A DNA stretch of 64,000 bases from contig NC_085845.1 of the NCBI RefSeq assembly GCF_035594765.1, positions 186,326,897 to 186,390,896 on the forward strand, in the 5' to 3' direction. The notes below the pieces were generated by a model that was not told where the DNA came from, did not search any database, and worked only from the letters and a program-made list of their open reading frames with translations. Both the position numbers and the translations under genes were made by a program. The DNA comes from Anolis carolinensis. Its lineage: Eukaryota. Of this stretch, positions 62,885 to 64,000 are shown piece by piece (the first letter of the stretch is position 1; every line of letters starts with the position of its first letter).

Positions 62885-64000
62885 GTATAGTTCAGTTCAT
62901 CATATGAGTTCAAGCTGCATTATATGGCAGTGTAGATCCAGCTTTCACCCCCTGCTCCCCATGATTTTCCCTTTGTCATCCTGAAAAGGAAATTGCACAG
63001 AGTGTTGGGGTTAATTTTGAAAGGAGAGATTCCCGCAAATTGGACAGGCTCACCTTCTCTGAGCAGGAAGCAGACTGTGGACTTGAAACATGTCCGTTTT
63101 ACAATTTGCATTCACATCATTGACATGGATATAAACTGAGGTACTGGCCAATGCCATTCTTTCAGAGCAGCGAATTCAAGCTGGGTATCTCTCCTGAACC
63201 TAAAATACCAGGAGCCTTTTCCTTGCACACAATCTTGAGAGTATTTAGGGGCAGCGTTTTCATCCCAAACCCATTGAGGAGGCTGAAACAACTGGGCAGA
63301 TATATGGGACTTAGTGAATTCTCCAAGAAGTCTGAGGTTAATAAAAGTCAATAAAATACCTTGCACCTATACATTATCTAATGTGACTACTTCAGAAACC
63401 TGCAAATGAACCTGTTTGAAGGTTTGCAAATGGACCACGAGGGAGGCCTTGGTAACCAGTGTAGCTGCTGCCTATTTTGCAACCTACTGTTGGCAGTGAT
63501 GTTTTCATCTTTACTTCTTTGGTTTGAATAGGGTGCTACATAAACCTTCTTGTCTTTGCTTTGTTGTTTAAGCATGGAAGAAAATTGAAGAGCAGGTTTC
63601 AGTTTTACTGACTTTATGTGGCGAGTTTGCATTGGCACAAGAAATAGTTAATTCAACCCGAAGTAACATTTGTTCTCTGCAATATTAACTACTTTTGTGT
63701 TTCCTGTACAAAGGTTCTTTGTATCCCAAGATTTTTCTCAGTAAAAGTATCTGTTAATCTATCATGCTACATTTTGGAAATGTGGTCATCTGTGGAGCCA
63801 AAAAGGAGGATAATGAACTGAATTATGCTCTATTCTATTGTTGTTACCGTATTCTCTTTGTCTGCTTGCTTGCTTGAAACTTTTAGTGGCTTATGGAGTA
63901 ATTTGACCATAAAAATTGATGGTTTTTTTTACACTGTCTAATTGCAGGGTATATATGCTCTCTTTGTTGATTGCTCAGCATCTGTCCAAGCATTTTATTG

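Noticed and set aside
63948-64000. Acceptor-like site as B4GALNT3 exon 3
   Set aside because: Phase-0 translation GIYALFVDCSASVQAFY does not resemble the expected ..YLKWNKPVPWLSE; exon 3 is probably beyond the window.

Overview
Vertebrate genomic DNA. The repeat set (Sauria-type SINEs, L2-tailed SINE2, Penelope, CR1, L2, Vingi, Dong/R4, hAT and Tc1/mariner MITEs) points to a squamate, most likely an anole lizard; this is inferred from remembered repeat families, not a search. The window holds the 5' end of one + strand gene, recognisable as B4GALNT3 (LacdiNAc synthase). It has a GC-rich promoter, coding exon 1 (3703-3880; type II membrane anchor plus a (GGA)9 poly-Gly), a 58.5-kb first intron (3881-62390) and coding exon 2 (62391-62494, 104 nt, phase-compatible). 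Nearly all other ORFs in the track are spurious or transposon-derived. I see no clearly new protein-coding system. The most interesting signal is a set of short, asymmetric fold-back Penelope-derived elements carrying a minimal hammerhead-ribozyme motif. One copy (8145-8185) has an intact core and lies in the sense orientation of the pre-mRNA. Also notable are deep nested TE stacks, a splice-donor-rich minisatellite just after exon 1, a sense-oriented LTR promoter in the intron, and evidence of module swapping among SINEs and MITEs. There is an assembly gap at 33222-33363. All family names and alignments were done by eye.
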